A DNA stretch of 64,000 bases from Chiloscyllium plagiosum (taxonomy: Eukaryota): the NCBI RefSeq assembly GCF_004010195.1, contig NC_057741.1, forward strand, positions 25,811,147 to 25,875,146, written 5' to 3'. Below, in pieces: positions 24,796-39,074 of this stretch (the first letter of the stretch is position 1; the number at the start of each line of letters is the position of its first letter). The position numbers and the translations under genes are program-made. The notes under the pieces are model-generated. The model saw only the letters and a program-made list of their open reading frames with translations, had not been told where the DNA came from and did no database searches.

Positions 24796-27534
24796 AAGGG
24801 AATCTGCCATTTTTACCCAGTATGGTCTACCTTTGATTCCAGAGTGCCCTTAACTGCCCTCTGGAATGAACTAGCAGGTCACTCAGTTCAAGAGCAAACA
24901 CAGATATGAGAAATGCAACAAGTGACTACACTCACATGCTATGAAAGCGTCTTAAAAATCTATTTTATATATATATATGTATATATGTATTTCTACTGGA
25001 CTGCTTTTTGAATAGTTAATTTATTAATGATTTTCTGTGCTCCCTGGAAGTGAACTTTTTCTAGCCAAGGGAAATATCGAAATGAATCATGCCCTCAACA
25101 CTAAACAACAGACTCTGTGTTCAGCACTCAAAATTTCAGATTACAGTGTCAATAAATGCACCAATAAATCATCTCCATGGTGGTCTGGTAAAAACAATAA
25201 AGCAAATAAATCCTTCTTTTCAAAATTTAGACTGTTTACAATAATGAAAAATGACTAAAATGCTTTTCTTTATTAGGAACCTGTAATTGCCTGATATTTT
25301 CTGTTTGAAAGAGATTTGAAGCTATAATTGTGTGGTTTCAAACAAACCTCATGGTGTTTATCAAATAAAATGATATCCTAATCTCCAAAAAAATTGTTCT
25401 GCTGTTATTACTGTACTTTTGACAGCTGTCATGACTAATGATGAAACAAGGAAAGAAGCTTGGATATTTTGCGAAATACCATTATGATTATTATTGTAAG
25501 AAGCTGTAAATAATAAAGTGCTCAAACAAAAATTAATGAGTTGGAGAATGTTTATAAATAACTGGGACACTAAGGGCCATCTCTGAACTCCATAATAGGG
25601 AAGGCAGAATGTATAAGCAGAAAAGATCACGCCATGGTACTTAACATTCCACTTAATAGAGTCACACAGCATGGAAACAGACCCTTTGGTCCATGCCAGC
25701 CATGTTTCCCAAACTAAACTAGTCCCACTTGCCTGTGTTTGACTCATGTTCCTCTAAAGCTTTTAGTCATTGTCATGCAGCACAGAAACAGACCCTGGGT
25801 CCTCTTCCATCTGTACAAATTGCCCATTAACATGCCAACATTGTTGAAGGTGCAGGTTGGCTTTGTGGCTGTCAAAGACTAAAAAGATATCACCAAATGC
25901 ATTGGTTGACATATTATGTTTTATCTCATGAGCTGGTGCCAGAAATGTCAGTACTTCTGGTCCCATCTTGTCCTGTATTTGTCAGATTCTAAATTGATAT
26001 CCTTCACTTCCCTCTTTCTAAGCTGGGAGAAAACTAGGATTGAGACCTTAGCAGAGCAAGCATAAATAAGATACAATTCCTAAATCCATTTCAAAGGTGG
26101 TTTTTGACAAGACTGATCTCTCCGGGGGCTGGGTAAGCATATATATAAATGCACTCCTGAATTCTAGAGAAATCCCCAGAGTCAATTTTAAAATAAAACT
26201 AAACTGTTTAACTCTGGCAAGCAATTGCTACAAAAGTATGTGGTGTAGAAAACCAATGCCAGTTTGAGGAGTTGCAAGTATAAATGCCATGAAGTTAAGT
26301 TAAAATAATTGACTTGTTTAAGAGCAGTTCCTTTTCAAATGAAACCCATACCTTTGTATACTATGAGAAACAATGAAAACAAAATATCACAAGAACGTTT
26401 ATTCCTTCAAGCCTGCGATGGATATCAATAGCAAACCAAAAGATCTGACAAAGAAGGAGTTATTATTTTTGATCACTAATTCCCAAAGCATAAACTGTCC
26501 TTTGGGAAGCAAAGCTTTACTTGCTGTGAACCAGAAAGTTACATTATGAATAAATGTATTGTGTATATGTATCCAGGCAAACAGTGAAATTTCAGATTGT
26601 TACTGGGTATCATGTAGCAACTCTGCTGGACCTTCAGCTATTTCAGAAGACAAATAAAATTAGCCACTGGGGGCACTTAGACAATTAAACAGGCTTATTC
26701 ATAAATAACTATAGTAAAAGCAAAACAAAATCATTCCGTAACCTGCAATCTGGAACAAAAATCACGAACAGTTAAGCAGACAATTAGGCAGACTCTTTTC
26801 AAACTTACTGGCAGACCTGGAGATGTAAAATAATTTTTTTTAAAAAACACAGCCTTGTTCCTCTGAGAACAAAGTCCAGTCTTTATGTATCCTTACGCAG
26901 TCACATTCCATCCTTCTGGTTAATGGCCAGACTAATACATCAAATATGCTGGAGTTTTATTCTCATAAACCTTTTGAATAGTGTCCCTGCTTTGAAGATC
27001 AATGAGAGAGACAGAGATAATTGAACAGTATCAACAGTCTTCACAATCTACATACATAAAGGCATGATGGTACATGCAGCTGGTTGAAATGTTCCATACA
27101 TCCCATGAACAATTAATTCAAAGTACTATTAATGCAAATTGACTCTGTTTGAATTGGAAAATATCTGTTCTCTTTGATTGAGTTACAGTAATTGTTTCCT
27201 GTGGTGAATTGACTTTTAACAAGTTTTGCAATAAAAATATTCACAAATTGAGAATAAACAGCTCTGTCAAAGGACTGCCATCTCTCAATGTCAACATTCG
27301 TGATTTAAAATAAATATGCAATGCCCATCCTGAGAATGGAACTTTAAAGTCAATTTTAGCTCAAAAAAATTCCACTTATTGTCAGAAAGTTCCAAATTCA
27401 TTTAGGTCATGAAGAAACTATGATGTTTCAGTCTGAAAAGTTTTTTTAAGAGTCAGAAAATCCAGGACTGGATGAGTGGAATTTGCTAAAAAGTACAGAA
27501 AATATGAAATCACCAATTATCCGTTAGCTCATTT

Positions 27535-27852
27535 TAGATTAGAATACATTACAGTGTGGAAACAGGCCCTTCGGCCCAACAAGTCCACACCGACCCGCCG
27601 AAGCATAACCCACCCAGACCCATTCACCTACATTTACCCCTTCACCTAACACTACGGGCAATTTAGCATGGCCAATTCACCTAACCTGCACATTTTTGGA
27701 TTGTGGGAGGAAACCGGAGCACCCAGAGGAAACCCACGCAGACACGGGGAGAACGTGCAAACTCCACACAGAGAGTCACCTGAGGCGGAAATTGAACCCG
27801 GGTCTCAGGCGCTGTGAAGCAGCAGTGCTAACCACTGTGCCACCGTGCCACC
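27535..27852 (-). mobile_element. HE1-like V-SINE, near-consensus and probably young
   Basis: Complete head, V-domain and tail (reverse of ...ctgtaatgtattctaatctaa) with CpGs retained. Confidence 0.9.
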
Positions 27853-28169
27853 CACATTCATAAATAACTTTGGTAGACATCTGATTAACAATGCAAAACG
27901 TTACTAACAGTATAGGTTCAACTTCCACACCAGGTGACGTCAGTGTGAAAATCCTGTCTTCTCAACCTTACCTGAGGTATGGTGGCCCTCATGTGAAACT
28001 AATCGCCGTTTGTCTCTATTTAATAAGAGCACAGTCCTCTGGAATTAAGACTACTATTAAGACAGTGGAAATGGGTGGTTATAGTAATGGCACAGCTATG
28101 AGCTTGAAAGCTCAACAGCTCTGTAATTTGGTGAACATGAAAGTGGCTGAAGTATTGTTTGAATTAAGG

Positions 28170-28530
28170 GGAGGCATTGGGCTAGTGGTGTTATCGCTGG
28201 ACTATTAATCCAGAAACCCCACTAATATTCTAGTGACACAGGTTTAAATCCTGCCATACCAGATGGTGGAATTTGAATTTAATAAAAATCTGGAATTAAG
28301 AGTGTAACGAGGACAATGGATCAATTGTTGATTGTCAGGAAAACACCCATCTAATGTCCTTCAGTGAAGGAAACTGCCTCTTTACCTGGTCTGGCCTACA
28401 TGTGACTCCAGATCCACAGCAACATGGAGCCATAGTAGTTGGCCCTCAACTTCCCTCTGAGCAATTAGGGATGGACCATAAATGCTGGCCTAGCTAGTGA
28501 CGCCCTCATCTCATGAATGAATAAAAAAAG
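28170..28530 (+). mobile_element. Second tRNA-derived SINE family (related copies ~3615-3880, 15130-15400, 38890-39060, 39895-40045, 58145-58760)
   Basis: Head ggctagtggtgttatcgctggactattaatccag...ggtttaaatcctgcca; body tctggcctacatgtgactccagatccacagcaa; tail gaatgaataaaaaa. Confidence 0.7.
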
Positions 28531-30454
28531 TTATTCTGTTCCACCACATTAATATATATATAGAAGTCAAAGAAATGGAAAATATTACAATAAATTCATG
28601 CATCAGAGATCTGATACTAATTCTAATTACTAAATGCACTGCAAAATGTGAAAGTTGGCTTGCTGGACAATTTTTCTTAAACATAAAACTGTTTCTTTTG
28701 ACGGCAGGATCAACTGCACCTTGACTCTAATACTCAACTGGGGAATCATGCCCATTTCTCCAACCAAACAAACAACCAGTTATAATAACACCAGCAATCA
28801 TTTAATAGTTAGCGACACAATCCTGCCACTACCTGTGTAATCTTCACAACCCTCCAAGATCTCTGGACCCCCAATTTAAATTGCTCCACCACTGTCATCC
28901 ATACCTCAGTTGCCTAGGGTTTAAGCTCTGAAATTCCCTTCTTAAACTTCTCTGCCTCTTTCTCCTCCTTTAAGATGCTCCTTAAAACTGAACTCGTCAA
29001 CCCATCTTTTAGTACCTGTCCAACTGAGCTCAACTTTGCTCTCAAAATAATAGTGGGGTTAATAGCCCTCTGATGTTTATGTACAAATGGGATACAAGCA
29101 GCCAAATACCAAGAAACCAGAGCTCAGTTTAAGAAAATAAACTGCTGAATATTTTTACATGAAGATAATTTAACAAAACTCCATCAGAATGCAGTAGTTC
29201 ATGATTCCAACTGTTGTCCAATTTCTGCAATAACACAATTTATAACTTATTGACTTTTCATGCAGTAGCTTGACTAGATTTCTTTTGCAGATATGCAAAT
29301 AATCCAAAATTATAAGACATGTTAATAATTTATTATAAAGTCCAGAGGTTCCTTTAAACTAACTCTTTGCTAATGTATTTTTTGCTCATGCCTCCTGGCT
29401 TTCCCATTTCTATCGACACAAATAGTTCAGTCAACTGGCCACAACCTACAGCTTTCATGATATTAAAAACTTTAATAGTATCTTCTAAATCTTAATTTCA
29501 CTGAAGAAGAAAATGGCATCAATTCCCTGAGTCTCCCCTGAGAACTAGATTAGGAATAACTTTGGTCAAATTCCTCTGAATCTTCTCCAACAGTTAATAT
29601 CTCCTTCCCTTTTTGACAAACGTCTACATGACTCTAAATGCAGAAAACTAAATACAATATAAATTTCACAATCATTGTGGTGTGGCACTTGATCGAAAAT
29701 TTAATTGGCTTTCACAACAGCCTTCATACATTTGTAAAGACCAGAATTGTTTGCCTGCCCATAAATTTTAGAGTGCATTCCTAACTGATGCGCACATCTG
29801 AAATTAGCCACACCACGATGCATCTCATTTTACTTATTCATATTCCCCAAAATATCTAAATTGACCTCTGCTGCAATAATTTCATGTAATTTTTTTGATC
29901 ACTCTGCAAAGGTTGATATCATCAACAAACCTCTGAACGATTCCCTAAATGCCTTCAGTCAAATCATTTAGGTACATTTCAAAGAGAAATATTCCATCTG
30001 GGTCTCTAATTCATTAACTTGGCAATTACAACACTACTTATATTGATGTCACTCCCTATCAGCGAGAAACCAATCCATTATTGATCACGATTTCTGACTG
30101 TCAAGTCCACATGTTACAACTTTACTCTACAGCCTTCTGTGTTGAAGTTTATTGAACACTTTCTGGAAATTAAGGCTTAAGCATCAGCTCTCCTACCATA
30201 GTCAATTAAACTTGAAGTCATTGACAATCAGTTTAATGAGCCAGAAAGACTTCTTCTGAAAGCCATACTGTAAATCTCTCAATATTGCCAATTCCTTCTG
30301 GTGATTATACTTGAATCTTTAATAATACTTTCCAGTAAATACTTGCGCATGGCATCATTATACAATAATGATCAATCATAATAATTACAGTGCAATATAT
30401 GAAAAAAGCATTTCAAACAAGAAATTCTTACTTGAAATTGCCTCCGTTTAGACT

Positions 30455-31030
30455 TGTGATGATACTTTGGCTTTAAATTGCCCTAACCTTTTATGAAGAG
30501 GAGTGGAGACAGAGGCGCTGAGTGGTCTGCTTCAAGCCAATAAAATAAACAGCTTGTGAAGCCTTGCTTTTTTTGAAAGCTGGAACAATAGAAGCAGCCT
30601 GAAAGAGTAGGGCCAAGCTCCCACAGAACTATAATTTTAATTTCGCTTTTAGTAGCTGATGAGGTTGAAAGCTGCTACATCTCTTTCACTCTTTGTCACA
30701 GCTAAAATCTGGGGTTCTCTTCCAGCTGTTAGAATTGCATGTGAGTCTATCTACTTTAATGAATTAGCCCTTGACAAGGATGTGCTTATGGGATATTACA
30801 ATATTGGAACAGTTAATGAGTAGTTTATTATTTTGTTAAGTATTTCACTAGAGTTACAGTTTACCCAATTCTTTTATTTTAGTTTTGTCTGTACTTCAAC
30901 TACAGTGCATGAATAAAGTGTGTTTTGCTTAAAGTGTGTTAGTTTGACTAATAGACTTGCATCTAGAATGCAAAGCCTAGCACTTGCCTTTAACGTAAGA
31001 AAAAGTTACGATCGAGGCTATCTCCTTGAC
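30455..31030 (+). mobile_element. Probable solo LTR, degraded
   Basis: Starts TGTGATGA; U3-like body and an AATAAA-containing segment similar in organisation to the 11108 LTR. Confidence 0.45.
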
Positions 31031-31059
31031 TCTAAACTAATTTAGAGTCAGATGTGGCT

Positions 31060-31440
31060 TAGTCGAAAGTATGTATACCTTTGAGTCATAAATGTTCTGG
31101 ATTCAAGCCTCACTGAGTGTTGAAATCCACCCTGAAACTCCAGCGCAGTACTGACTGAGTACTGCACTGACAGAGATGCTATGTTTCGGGTGAGATGCTA
31201 AACTGAGACCCCTTATGCCCACCCTGGTGGATGTAAAAGATGCTATGGCATTATTTTGAGAAAGAGCACTGATATCCTGGTCAATATTTATCCTTTAATC
31301 CACATCACAAAATAGATTATCTCATTGCTGTTTGTAAAGTTTTCTGTGCATTATTGAGCTGCTGTATCTCGTGTTTTACAATAGTGATTACACTTCAAAA
31401 TACTTTGATTGGTTGCATAACACTTTGAGATCCCCAGAAT
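31060..31440 (+). mobile_element. DeuSINE (SacSINE1/AmnSINE1-like)
   Basis: Deu-domain-like ggatgtaaaagatgctatggcattattttgagaaagagc...tcctggtcaatatttatcc and tail tacacttcaaaatactttgattggttg. Confidence 0.65.
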
Positions 31441-34400
31441 GTACATGATAGTTTTGCTTGTCTTCTTATTTCCAAATGTAAGCACACCAGTTCATTAATA
31501 ATTAAGACCATATCACTAAAGTAAAAAGAACACATTGTCTTTACCTTTAGTACTGTCAAGTGCCACAGACAAGGATCAATAATGTTAAGAGCTGAAGAAA
31601 GATAATTGGATATAATTCAGCATCTTTTACTCTTTAAAACCCCTGCACTTCGTCAGAACATTGTTGCAAATGTCATTAGTTTGCAATTGTCTTTCAACAA
31701 AGTTGTTTTGGCAATTAATTATCACCTTTGCTATGAACAGGCACCCATGTGCTTTCCTCAAGGAGCATCCAGGGCTAATGAGCACTTTTTAAATCAGAGG
31801 TCTACCATTTCAGGCAGTGATGAGGAGGAATCTCAGAATGCAGCTGATATTTGGAATTCTCTTCCATGTAAGCAGTGGATGATGTGTCATTGAATATACC
31901 CAAGCCTGAGTTAAACAGATTTTTTGACTGACAAGATTTGACTGGTGAGTGAAACTAGAACTAAATTGCACAGTCTCAAAATAAGGGGGAGCAGATTTAG
32001 GACTGAGTTGAGGAGGAACGTTTTCACCCAAAGGGTTGTGAATCTGTGGAATTCCCCACCCAGTGAAGCAGTTGAGGCAAATTATAGGTAGATTTTTGAA
32101 TAGTAAAGGAATTAAGGGCTATGGTGAGCGGTCGGGTAAGTGAGCTGAGTCTGTGAAAAGATCAGCCATGATCTTATTGCGTGGCAGGGTGGGCTCGACA
32201 GACCAGATGGCCTACTCCTGCTCCTATTTTTTTTATGTTCTTAAGAGAGTGAAAGGTTATAGAGAGTGAAAGTTATAGAGAGCAGACAGGAAAGTGGAGT
32301 CAAGGCCACAATCAGATTAGGCATGATTTTATTGAAAGATAAAGCAGGTTTGAGAGGCCGATGGCCTATTTTTGCTCCAGTTTCTTACGTTCCTGTTGAG
32401 CTCTGCATGGTTGTAATAAAATGCTGTTACCAATCCCCATTTAGATCCTGAGCTTAATTGCTCTAGTACAGGATGGATGAATTGTAAGAAAAAGACACTT
32501 TTTGTTTTACATAACACAAGGCAGTTTATTGCATGATGATAATAACTAGAAGTTATATTGACTCGTTAGATAAAGTTACTTAAAGACGATTAGGATGATA
32601 AGAGGGTGGGTCTGTGCTATTGGGAGCTTGTGCTAGGTTGCCTGAGTGTCCACCTAAAGACTGTGTGTAATATCATCAGATTGGGTAGAGCTAAATGCAA
32701 CATTTACTCTTTCAGAACTGTTACCTTATACAACCATCTTTCTGAAAAGAAACCTGTGATGGAATTTGTGAAAAAGGGCTTATTGCTTCTTGGTTCAAAC
32801 CCAACTCAAGCCAGTGTAATGGGAGTCTATTCCACTTTTTGATTTTAAGAACCTCTGTGAAATAAGTTTAGATGCGATGAGTTCAGTCCTTGGTTCTCTT
32901 AAGTTTACGATACACGGTTCACCCTAATAGAGTGCTAATTGACAGTGTCAAACAGAGAAGGCACAGGTTGGTTGGCATTGAAAAGAAAGGGGGAAAATTT
33001 CAAACTGCTACAATTTCTCCCTTAGTTTGCAGTTAAACATGCTTCTGATGCAAAATAGAGGATGATTTACTTTCTACCTGCTGTGCTAACCTTGACCTCT
33101 GAGTGCTTCATTGGTGACTGGCTGTCTGAATCAGAAAGAGTTCCGACTCCTAGCAAAAACCGAACCATATAAATGCAAAGGAAAATAATAAACTTCTGAA
33201 GATGGTGGAATCGCTATCAAGGTCCAAAAAGAGAAAACTACACTTTAAAATCTTCAGGTGTAACCTGGCAACACTGAAATCTGGGAAATGTATAGACCTT
33301 CTAAAGTGACTGTAAGGTCCTGATACAATCTGACTAATAGTAAAAATGTTTCTTGTTCAGAAACATTCTCATTAATGGCATTGATGGGCCTTCATTTAAT
33401 TCCATTTAATTCCTCCCTGGGATGTGGTCACTGCTGTTAATTGTCCATTTCTCATTTATTTTCTAAGTGACATTGAAAAAGTGCCACCTTTACGTATACA
33501 ACTAAAGATCTTGCTACACTATTTAAGTGGGCAGTTAGGAATTAACCACAATGCAATGGGTCAGGAGCCATAAAGGTCTGACTGGGGAAAATGAGGACTA
33601 AAGATGCTGGAGTTCAGCGTTGTGTGGTGTTGGGAAAGCACAGCAGGTCAGGCAGGATCTGAGGAGTAGGAGAATCAACATTTTGGGCATAAGCCCTTCA
33701 TCAGGAATCCAAAACCAGCAAACTTGCGTCTTGAAAGAATATGGCTGAAGATGATAGGTTTTTGTAACAACTCAAGCAGCATTGCTGACACCAGCCAATT
33801 TATTCAATAAACTAAATTTAAATTCTCCAACTATAATGGTAGGATTGGAGTTCATCTCTCTAAATTATTAGTCCAGGTTTTTGGAATATTGTCCTTGAAA
33901 TGTAACCATGGTGCTACCATACCTGGCCAGTTAGTATTGCCTCAGCATTTTGTCTCAATCTACGTTTCCTATAAAGATTCTTCCCACAGTAAACCTGAGC
34001 TTCCACAACTCCTACTTGAATACACATTGTAAAATTCGTTGGTCACAACAGATCTTTTCAAAAATAATGCATCAAAAAACTTTGCAGTCCATCAAGAGAC
34101 AGGTTGGCATTAAGGCAAGGCTCTTATGTTTCACATTTTTCTCACGATTCTCACAGAATTCAAAGGATTTTGTGCAATTTCCAGCTGCCATAAACCAAAC
34201 TGTGACAGAGGTGCACTCCTGGACTATGTATGAAATGTAGCTACAGATTGCTGATATAACAAATCCCAGTGAATTGCAAGACAGTGCTAACAGCTGTCAT
34301 GGCTTTTGCTGCCTATAAAGCCATTTAATATGCCAGACTTATGGGTTCCTTACTCATGAAGACATACTTTGCTTTTAGTTTAGGGCACCGTAATGATTGG

Positions 34401-34560
34401 AACAAGGTTAGCGAGGCGGACCTCATTGAGAATGAAATTCCTGACTTGGGCTATTAACCTTGGCCAATTTGGGAGCCTGGGTGTAAACTGGAGTCTCAGA
34501 GAGTCTCCTTATTCTAGGGACTGGCACTCAGCTGGCTAATCAGAGTGCATGTACTGTGCA

Positions 34561-34680
34561 CCACCTGATGAAGAAGCAGGGCTCCAAAAGCTAGTGCTTC
34601 CAAATAAACCTGTTGGACTATAACCTGGTGATGTGTGATTTTTTAAAAATATTTTGTCCAACACTAGCACCTCCAAGTCA
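34561..34680 (+). mobile_element. Second Penelope family terminal fragment with hammerhead-like core, inside an LTR-like repeat
   Basis: cac-CTGATGA-A-gaagc-agg-gctcc-AAAA-GCTA-gtg; same family as the arms at 40505-41795. Confidence 0.7.
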
Positions 34681-35579
34681 CGTCAATAAAGGGTAACGTT
34701 GTGATGGGGTACCAGCTTCTGTGGAGTTATTTCAGGCACCTACGGAAATAACTACATCAGTTACTGGATATATGGTAATAAACTGGATATCAGGCTGTTT
34801 GTCCAAATGAGTCTGCGGGATTCATTATCCCAAAGTGTGGTGGATACTGGGATATTGAGTCGATTTATGGAGGAGATAGACAGATCTTTAATTAGCAATG
34901 GGTTGAAGGATTATGGAGAACAGTTAGGAAAGTGGAATTGAGGTTGAGATAAGATCAGCCATGATCAGATCAAATGGCAAATCAGGCTTGAAGGGCTGAA
35001 TTGCCGACATTTGCTCCTCATTCTTATCAAGGCACTCGAAACATTGAGAAGGTTAAATCTGTCTTATTTGGCTCATGCCAAAATCTCTCTACCTTCACCC
35101 TAACTCGTTCTCCCTCCATTGCTGCTCACTGAGACTGAATCAGTTGAGGCCCAGTTAAATTTCAAAACTCCACCCACAAACCATCACCAAGATGAGTCAT
35201 GTCATCACCAGAATGAGTTACTTTTCCCTTTGCAGGATCACTTAACTCAGTTCCATTGCCACAACTGATGAAACCTGCCCTGGTCCCCGCTTTTGTTATC
35301 TGCGTATGTTACAGAAGCAGTTGGGCCCTGTTAAACTTAACAATGGAAGCCAAGCCTCTGTAACAGGAGTGTGGCCGGCATGACAAGGGAATTTTTATTT
35401 AAAATTTACAGTCGGAGTGGAGCCAGCTGGAGTACAGGCCAACTTGGGAAAAATGCAGAGCCAAATTTCTATTAAAATGTAATAGTTAGTGCAATGGTTG
35501 GGGGCCCAAAAGGCACTGGGGAAGAATTTCTATAAAATTACATTGAGTTTGAAGCTTTAATATCCACAAGGAAACACAA

Positions 35580-35960
35580 AAGGATTGCATTTCTTTAGTG
35601 TATTCTGTCACTTCAGACCATCCCAAAGACTTCAGTCGTTAACATTTTAAGTGTATGCAATGTTGTGTGAAACATGGCTGCCAATTTGATCACAGCAAGA
35701 TCCCATAATGGCAGTCAGATAGTGAGGGCTAAAGGTTAGCCTGGGCACTCCGGTCTTCTCCAGAATACTGTGACTGAATCTTTTCTAACGGAGTAGATGG
35801 GGCTGTCTCTCAGCTGAAAGACAGCATCTCTGACAGTGCGTGACCTCCTCAGGTATTGCACTGGCGAAGCAGCCTAGGTTATATGCTCATGAGTCTGGAG
35901 CAGAACTTAAAACATACAACCTTCTGAATCAGGAGTGACAGTACTGCCTCTGGGCCATAA
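35580..35960 (-). mobile_element. DeuSINE (SacSINE1-like), degraded
   Basis: Reverse similarity to 31060-31440 (aaagacagcatctctgacagtgc; gctgccaatttgatcacagcaagatccca). Confidence 0.55.
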
Positions 35961-36043
35961 TTGACAAAGGGCAAGCAATAACCAGGGCCAATTTTAAGAG
36001 TGAAATTAAACACAGGGGAAAGACAGACATAAAGCTGATATGG

Positions 36044-36172
36044 AGAAAGTGAGGACTGCAGATGCTGGAGATCAGAGCTGAAAAATGTGTTGCTGGAAAA
36101 GCGCAGCAGGTCAGGCAGCATCCAAGGAGCAGGAGAATCGACATTTCGGGCATAAGCCCTTCTTCAGGATGG
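36044..36172 (-). mobile_element. Short Penelope 3'-terminal element with 15-bp TSD
   Basis: TSD ataaagctgatatgg at 36029-36043 and 36173-36187. Confidence 0.85.
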
Positions 36173-36526
36173 ATAAAGCTGATATGGGTCAAGACAATTC
36201 CAATAGGGACCAATTTTGATAAAGTGTGGCGCTGGGAAAAGCACAGCAGGTCAGGCAGCATCTGAGGAGCAAGAGAGTTGACGTTTCAGGCACAACCCTT
36301 CTACTGGACCTTGCTCCTCGGATGCTGCCTGACCTGCTGTGCTTTTCCCAGCACCACACTTTATCATTTCTTACTCTCCAATATCTGCAGTCCTCACTTT
36401 CTCCTACCAGGACAAGTTTCCCTACCTGTGTCTCTCTACAATAACATGTTCTGTGGCAATTGTTAGAGTTTTATAACTGTACTCCAGTAAAGATTGTTGT
36501 CAGTAATTGTAAGTTTGATTCATTCA

Positions 36527-36962
36527 GCATGCAAGTCCTGGGCCTCCTCCACTGCCAAATCTAAGCCACCTGGCACCTGGAGAAAGAAATCCTCATTTTC
36601 CGCTTTGAACCACACGGCATCAACATCGACTTCACCAGTTCCTTTATCTCTCCCTACCCCCCCCCCCCCACCTCATCCCAGTTTCAACCGTTTAACTGTC
36701 CTACTTGTCCATCTTCCTTCCTACCTATCCGCTCCACCCTCCTTTCCGACTTATCACTATCACCCCTTACCCAATTCTAACCACCACCTACCCACCCACC
36801 CTACTCTGCACATGTATCTCTCAGCCCCCTTCCCCACCTCCCCTAACCGCCCCCCCCGCCACCAACCATTCCTGATGAAGGACTCATGCCCGAAACATCG
36901 ACTGTCTGGCTCCTCAGATGCTGCCTGACCTGTTGTGCTTTTCCAGTGCCATGCTTTTTGAC
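36527..36962 (+). mobile_element. Penelope 3' fragment (end of GIY-YIG plus terminal region)
   Basis: catgcaagtcctgggcctcctccac...ttcaccagttcc, homologous to ~5778-6180; hammerhead-like core at 36872-36899. Confidence 0.8.
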
Positions 36963-39074
36963 ACATTCATTCTTTTGAATACAACTTTTTATTTTCGTTA
37001 AATTAAATTTTATCTGACTTAGGCTTTTAAGATATGTTCATGTTACCCTTCAAAGATGTTTGTAAAACAACGAAATAAATTGTGTTAATTACTGAGTGAG
37101 AATCTTTAATCACTTGGCCGTCGTTAATCCTGCTAAATTGAGGAATTGCTTCCACACTGCCCTGTGACAGGCTATAGGGATTGCCTTTAGCTAACAGCGC
37201 CACCTTTCTGCAAAAATATAATCTACTTCCAGAAGGGCAATAAGATCTATGATCGTATCAATACTGAAAAGTAGATTTGAAACATAAATGTTACAAAAAC
37301 ATTGTCAAATATGTGCCATTACTTTTGTTTAAAATCCTATTTTGGAACAGAATATCTGTTCCTAACGCAATCAAGATGGCGCCAAGAACCAACTGCACTT
37401 CCTTGAACAACTTCCATGATATGATTTGCCTCAATCTGACTGTTGGTGTGAATTTATGATGGTGTTCTGTCCTCAAGTTAACTGGAGTGAAACTGTTTGC
37501 TGTAACTTTACACTGTTTTAGACGTAGTGCACTGTAAGAGTGCAGCTTTGTATTTATGCAGATTTGTCATGATTGCTGCCTCATTCCAATTAAGTGCGTC
37601 TGGCATAGCTACATCACTGCTTTTCTCAAATGATTACCTTGTTCTACTTTAAACCAAGGAATAGGTTATGGATATATATATTGTCTTCTCCCACTTGCTG
37701 GTAGAGTCCAACTTTAAATTAATTTATTAGCCATAGCATTACAACTGTAAAGTCCCTGAATATCAATGGTTTGATTTTTCACATGAGCAAGTAGTTCTCC
37801 ACAGCAGCATTAGCTACATTTTGGAAATCGGCAAATGCAGATACTGAGAACAGAAAGGTAGGTGTTTCAATTCAAACAATTTCCTCAGGATCCTATAGGT
37901 TCATCAACAAAGAAATATTAATAGATTTGAAAGACAAGTCGTTTGGACATAAAATCTTAATTCTGTCTTTCTTTCCACAGATGCTGATAGACCTGCTGAG
38001 TTTCTCCAGCATTTTCTGTTTTTATTTTATGAATCCAACATTTGCAGTACTTTGCATTTATATTTCCTTTGGGTTTTGCTCCTTTGGTGTGCTTACACAA
38101 ACAAATTCAAAGTTAAATCTACACTTAAATGAAGGACTCAAAAATGTCAGTCAGAAGTACACACCACATGGAAGATTTTTAATAATATGAGTAAATCTTG
38201 CGTGAAGATTTACGCAATTCCTCTCCACCTTTTCCCTGATCTTTCCATCTCTCCTTTGAAGACCCCTCTCATTCTAGAATAAAGTCTAAATTGCAATTGC
38301 CGCTCTGAAATATTTGTCCAACGTGCAGTTCTGGAAAAGCAGAAATTTACTCCAATTAAATACCGAGAAGGTCGAAGACATTGTTTTTTGGGTCTCATTG
38401 CAAACTTTTGTTTTCTAGTGATTAAAATAAAATATCGTGGATGCTGAAAATCTGAAATTAAAGCAGTGAGCATAGAACATAGAACAGTTACAGGCCCATT
38501 GGCCCTCGATGTTGTGCCAACCATTCATCCTACTCTAAGATCAAACAACCTACATACCCTTCATTTTACTATCATCCATGTGTCTATCCAAGAGTTGTTC
38601 AAATGTCCCTAATGTTGGAGAAACTCAACAGGTCATATCTGAGAGCATCTGTGGAGAGAGAAACTGAGTTAATGTTTTGAGTCTGAAGAGGGACTCGAAG
38701 CTGCTGTCTATATCCAAGTACACACCGGCACCCATCTTCCAGTTATCCCCATGCTTGCTGACCTGTATTGGCTCCGAGTCAAGGAACATCTTGATAAAAT
38801 TCCCATTCTTGTTTTTAAATCCTTTTATGGTCTCCCCCTCCCCATCTCTATAATCCCCTCCAACTTCACAATGCTACAAGATATCTATCTATCCAGGGAA
38901 CCAGATGGGTTTTTCCAACAATTGACAATGGATTTGTGGTCATTATTAGACTCTTAATTCCAGATTTTTTTTTACTGAATTTGAACCTGGCTCCCCACAA
39001 CATTACCTGGGTTTCTGTGTTAATAGTCCACCGATAATATTACTCAGCCTTCAACTCCCCTATAATGCCCGTAG

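Noticed and set aside
23846-25747. Hydrophobic minus-strand ORFs (23846-24169 and 25361-25747)
   Set aside because: No recognisable domain or splice structure; the composition is expected from AT-rich DNA, and one ORF starts inside a CR1 tail.
37370-37385. Isolated YY1-like CAAGATGGCGCC
   Set aside because: A single motif with no CpG island, ORF or element boundary nearby.
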